A DNA stretch of 64,000 nt from an uncultured Hyphomicrobiales bacterium (lineage in GTDB: Bacteria; Pseudomonadota; Alphaproteobacteria; Puniceispirillales; UBA1172). Made by a program: the position numbers and the translations under genes. The stretch is from NCBI GenBank assembly GCA_964580905.1, contig CAZOLR010000003.1:2237-66236 (forward strand). The letters run 5' to 3'. Positions 61,935-64,000 of this stretch are shown here, in pieces (position 1 is the first letter of the stretch; every line of letters starts with the position of its first letter). The notes below the pieces were generated by a model. The model made no database searches and was not told the DNA's origin. It was given only the letters and a program-made list of their open reading frames with translations.

Positions 61935-63019
61935 TGCTGGGTGACGTAAAAGTGAAACAAGATTTCATGGCTTCTGTTCTTGCCAGCCTTGCTTATCCCG
62001 TCATTGTGGTTGATGACGGCCACGGATTTGTTTTTGTCAACGGCGCGGCAGAAGAGTTTTTCCGTTCCAGTATCGGCGTGCTGACGGGGCAGAATCTGGC
62101 AACGTATTTCGGCGATCAGCACCCGATCTACACCATGCTGGCACGCGCAAGATCGCACCGGTCCAGCGTAAGCGAACAGGGAATTGAAATCATATCCGAC
62201 CGACTGGGGCGGCGGCGTGTTGATCTGCAGGTCACACCGCTTGTCGATCATGCGGGCTATCTGGTTCTCGCCATTCAGGAGCGTGCGCTGGCTGAACGGA
62301 TGAGGGGGCAGGAGCAATTCCGTGGGGCGGCGCGATCCATGACCTCAATATCCGCTCTGCTCGCGCATGAGATCAAGAACCCCCTTGCCGGAATACGTGG
62401 TGCGGCTGAGCTTATCCAGAATCATCCCGATGGCGACAACCGTGCCCTTACCGAGCTGATCATGGCTGAAACCGACCGCATTGCGGCACTTCTCACGCGG
62501 ATGGAAAATCTCGCCGGCGGTAAGCCTATTGATCGCTTGCCGGTGAATGTTCATGAAATTGTCGATCATTCCATCAGGCTTGCAGAGAACAGTTTCGGCA
62601 GGGGGCGTGAAATAAAGGCAAGTTTTGATCCGTCATTGCCCGATGCGCTTGGTGATCGTGATCTGATGATGCAGGCATTAATAAACTTAATTAAGAATGC
62701 ATGTGAAGCCACTGAAGAAAATGGAAAAATATTTGTCAAAACATATTTTGATATCAGCGCAGGTTATGCCGTGAACGCAACCAGAAAAAAATCATCTTCG
62801 CCGCTGATCATCGAAGTTGAGGATAACGGCGCTGGCATACCCAAAGAGATAGAGCCGCATATTTTTGATCCGTTTTTTACCAGCAAATCCAATGGCAGCG
62901 GGCTGGGGCTTGCCCTTGTGGCAAGTACGATCGCTGATCATGGCGGGACTATCGACGTGACCTCACGGCCGGGTCAAACCTCTTTCCGGATCGGCCTTCC
63001 CATGGCGGATGGGATCTGA
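61934..63019 (+). CDS. ntrB: Nitrogen regulation sensor histidine kinase NtrB
   Basis: PAS-like N-terminus, H-box [19 protein letters not shown], and a HATPase C-terminus (..DNGAGIP.., ..GSGLGLA..). TGATG overlap with dusB, with an alternative GTG at 61931. Confidence 0.9.
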   Translation: MLGDVKVKQDFMASVLASLAYPVIVVDDGHGFVFVNGAAEEFFRSSIGVLTGQNLATYFGDQHPIYTMLARARSHRSSVSEQGIEIISDRLGRRRVDLQVTPLVDHAGYLVLAIQERALAERMRGQEQFRGAARSMTSISALLAHEIKNPLAGIRGAAELIQNHPDGDNRALTELIMAETDRIAALLTRMENLAGGKPIDRLPVNVHEIVDHSIRLAENSFGRGREIKASFDPSLPDALGDRDLMMQALINLIKNACEATEENGKIFVKTYFDISAGYAVNATRKKSSSPLIIEVEDNGAGIPKEIEPHIFDPFFTSKSNGSGLGLALVASTIADHGGTIDVTSRPGQTSFRIGLPMADGI

Positions 63020-63036
63020 CCATGGAGGATGCGGTG

Positions 63037-64000
63037 ATGGGTAAAATTGGCACTGTTCTGCTTGCGGATGATGATCACGCCATCCGTCTTGTGGCGACAA
63101 CAGCGCTGGAGAAGGCAGGATTTTCGGTTCGTGCTGTCGCGACCCTTTCAGAGATGGTCACGGCCCTTAAGAAAGAGACGTTTCCGGTTCTTGTATCAGA
63201 TGTTGTTTTCCCTGACGGGGATGCGCTGGATATTCTGCCTGAAATCAAGGCCGGCCAGCCGTCCTTGCGGATCATCACCATGAGCGCAAGATCCACCCTG
63301 CTGACGGCTCTGAAAACCCAGGAAGGTGAGGTTTTTGCGTATCTGCCAAAACCGTTTCCGCTTGATGATCTGGTGTCGGCCGTCACGGATGCGTATCAAT
63401 CCGCGCCAATACCAGTCATGACGGAAACAAATCCTGAGGCGGATCAGGCACCTGATAAACAAATCCAGCAGGATCAGGGCCCGTTGATCGGACGTTCGCC
63501 GGCAATGCAGGGGATTTTCCGCTCCATGGCGCGGCTGATCAATACCGATCTCTCTGTCATGATCACGGGAGAAAGCGGCACAGGCAAAGAGGTTGTTGCA
63601 CGTGCCCTTCATGATCTCGGGCACCGGAAATCAGGCCCGTTTGTCGCCATCAATATGGCGGCCATTCCCCGTGATCTCATTGAATCTGAGCTGTTCGGTC
63701 ATGAGCGCGGGGCGTTTACCGGAGCGGAACGCCGCCACGAGGGCAGGTTTACCCAGGCCCGGGGCGGCACACTTTTTCTTGATGAAATCGGAGATATGCC
63801 GCCCGAAGCCCAGACCAGACTGCTTCGTGTTCTTCAGGACGGAACCTATACGCGTGTCGGGGGGCGTGAATTGCTTAAGGCTGATGTACGTATCATTGCC
63901 GCAACGCATAAAAATCTGCCCGAACAGATCAGTTCAGGACAGTTTCGCGAAGATCTGTACTATCGGCTCAATGTGGTGCCTCTCAATCTGCCGCCGTTAC
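63037..64000 (+). CDS. ntrC: Nitrogen regulation response regulator NtrC, N-terminal about 320 aa (3' end lies outside the window)
   Basis: Not in the ORF track because there is no stop before the window edge. My translation gives [19 protein letters not shown].. (receiver domain), then the sigma54-AAA+ motifs GESGTGKE and GAFTGA. In-frame alternative starts lie at 63022 and 63034. Confidence 0.9.
   Translation, partial: MGKIGTVLLADDDHAIRLVATTALEKAGFSVRAVATLSEMVTALKKETFPVLVSDVVFPDGDALDILPEIKAGQPSLRIITMSARSTLLTALKTQEGEVFAYLPKPFPLDDLVSAVTDAYQSAPIPVMTETNPEADQAPDKQIQQDQGPLIGRSPAMQGIFRSMARLINTDLSVMITGESGTGKEVVARALHDLGHRKSGPFVAINMAAIPRDLIESELFGHERGAFTGAERRHEGRFTQARGGTLFLDEIGDMPPEAQTRLLRVLQDGTYTRVGGRELLKADVRIIAATHKNLPEQISSGQFREDLYYRLNVVPLNLPPL

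Overview
This is a gene-dense (about 90% coding), mostly plus-strand chromosomal segment. Its gene content and synteny are typical of an alphaproteobacterium; I cannot assign a genus from sequence alone. Most of it is conserved housekeeping DNA. In order, the blocks are: nuoL(partial)-nuoM-nuoN, birA-coaX-RNase J-epimerase-DUF1467, rpiB-glyA, nrdR-ribD-ribE-ribB(X)-ribH-nusB, the membrane H+-pyrophosphatase, bamE, and Cbp3-like/yceD/plsX/fabH/ihfA/merR. After the accessory stretch come trpE and ppiD (minus strand), tpiA-secG-pyrG-kdsA-eno-ftsB, pdhA-pdhB-pdhC-lpdA-lipA, an SRPBCC protein, cinA-C/pgpA/ispDF (minus strand), and dusB-ntrB-ntrC (partial). The only accessory-looking stretch is about 21-42.7 kb. 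It holds a tightly packed M24 (creatinase-like) / two-Cys racemase-like / soxBDAG / M20 amidohydrolase operon, tRNA-Pro(GGG), a secreted GGT, DMT transporters, small DUF genes and tRNA-Leu(UAG). It also holds a signal-less GGT paralogue followed by a LIV-type ABC importer, and two uncharacterised membrane proteins. I found no mobile elements, integrases, CRISPR arrays, rRNA genes or recognisable defence or toxin systems, and no convincing riboswitch. So I cannot point to a clear novel system. The best candidates for follow-up are listed here.
- The sox-linked catabolic operon, whose M24 enzyme appears to lack the metal ligands.
- A histone-H1-like Lys/Ala tail fused to the LivF-type ATPase.
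- A roughly 25% GC intergenic island upstream of rpiB that carries a 22-bp tandem palindromic operator-like repeat.
- An array of TTAGGCA/TGCCTAA inverted repeats in front of dusB-ntrBC.
- A degenerate RibA-like domain (RibBX type).
- A plsX gene whose conserved N-terminus lies upstream of any canonical start codon.
- A roughly 93% identical nucleotide duplication of the lipoyl domain in pdhB and pdhC.
All functional calls rest on motif recognition by eye and on gene order. No database search was run.
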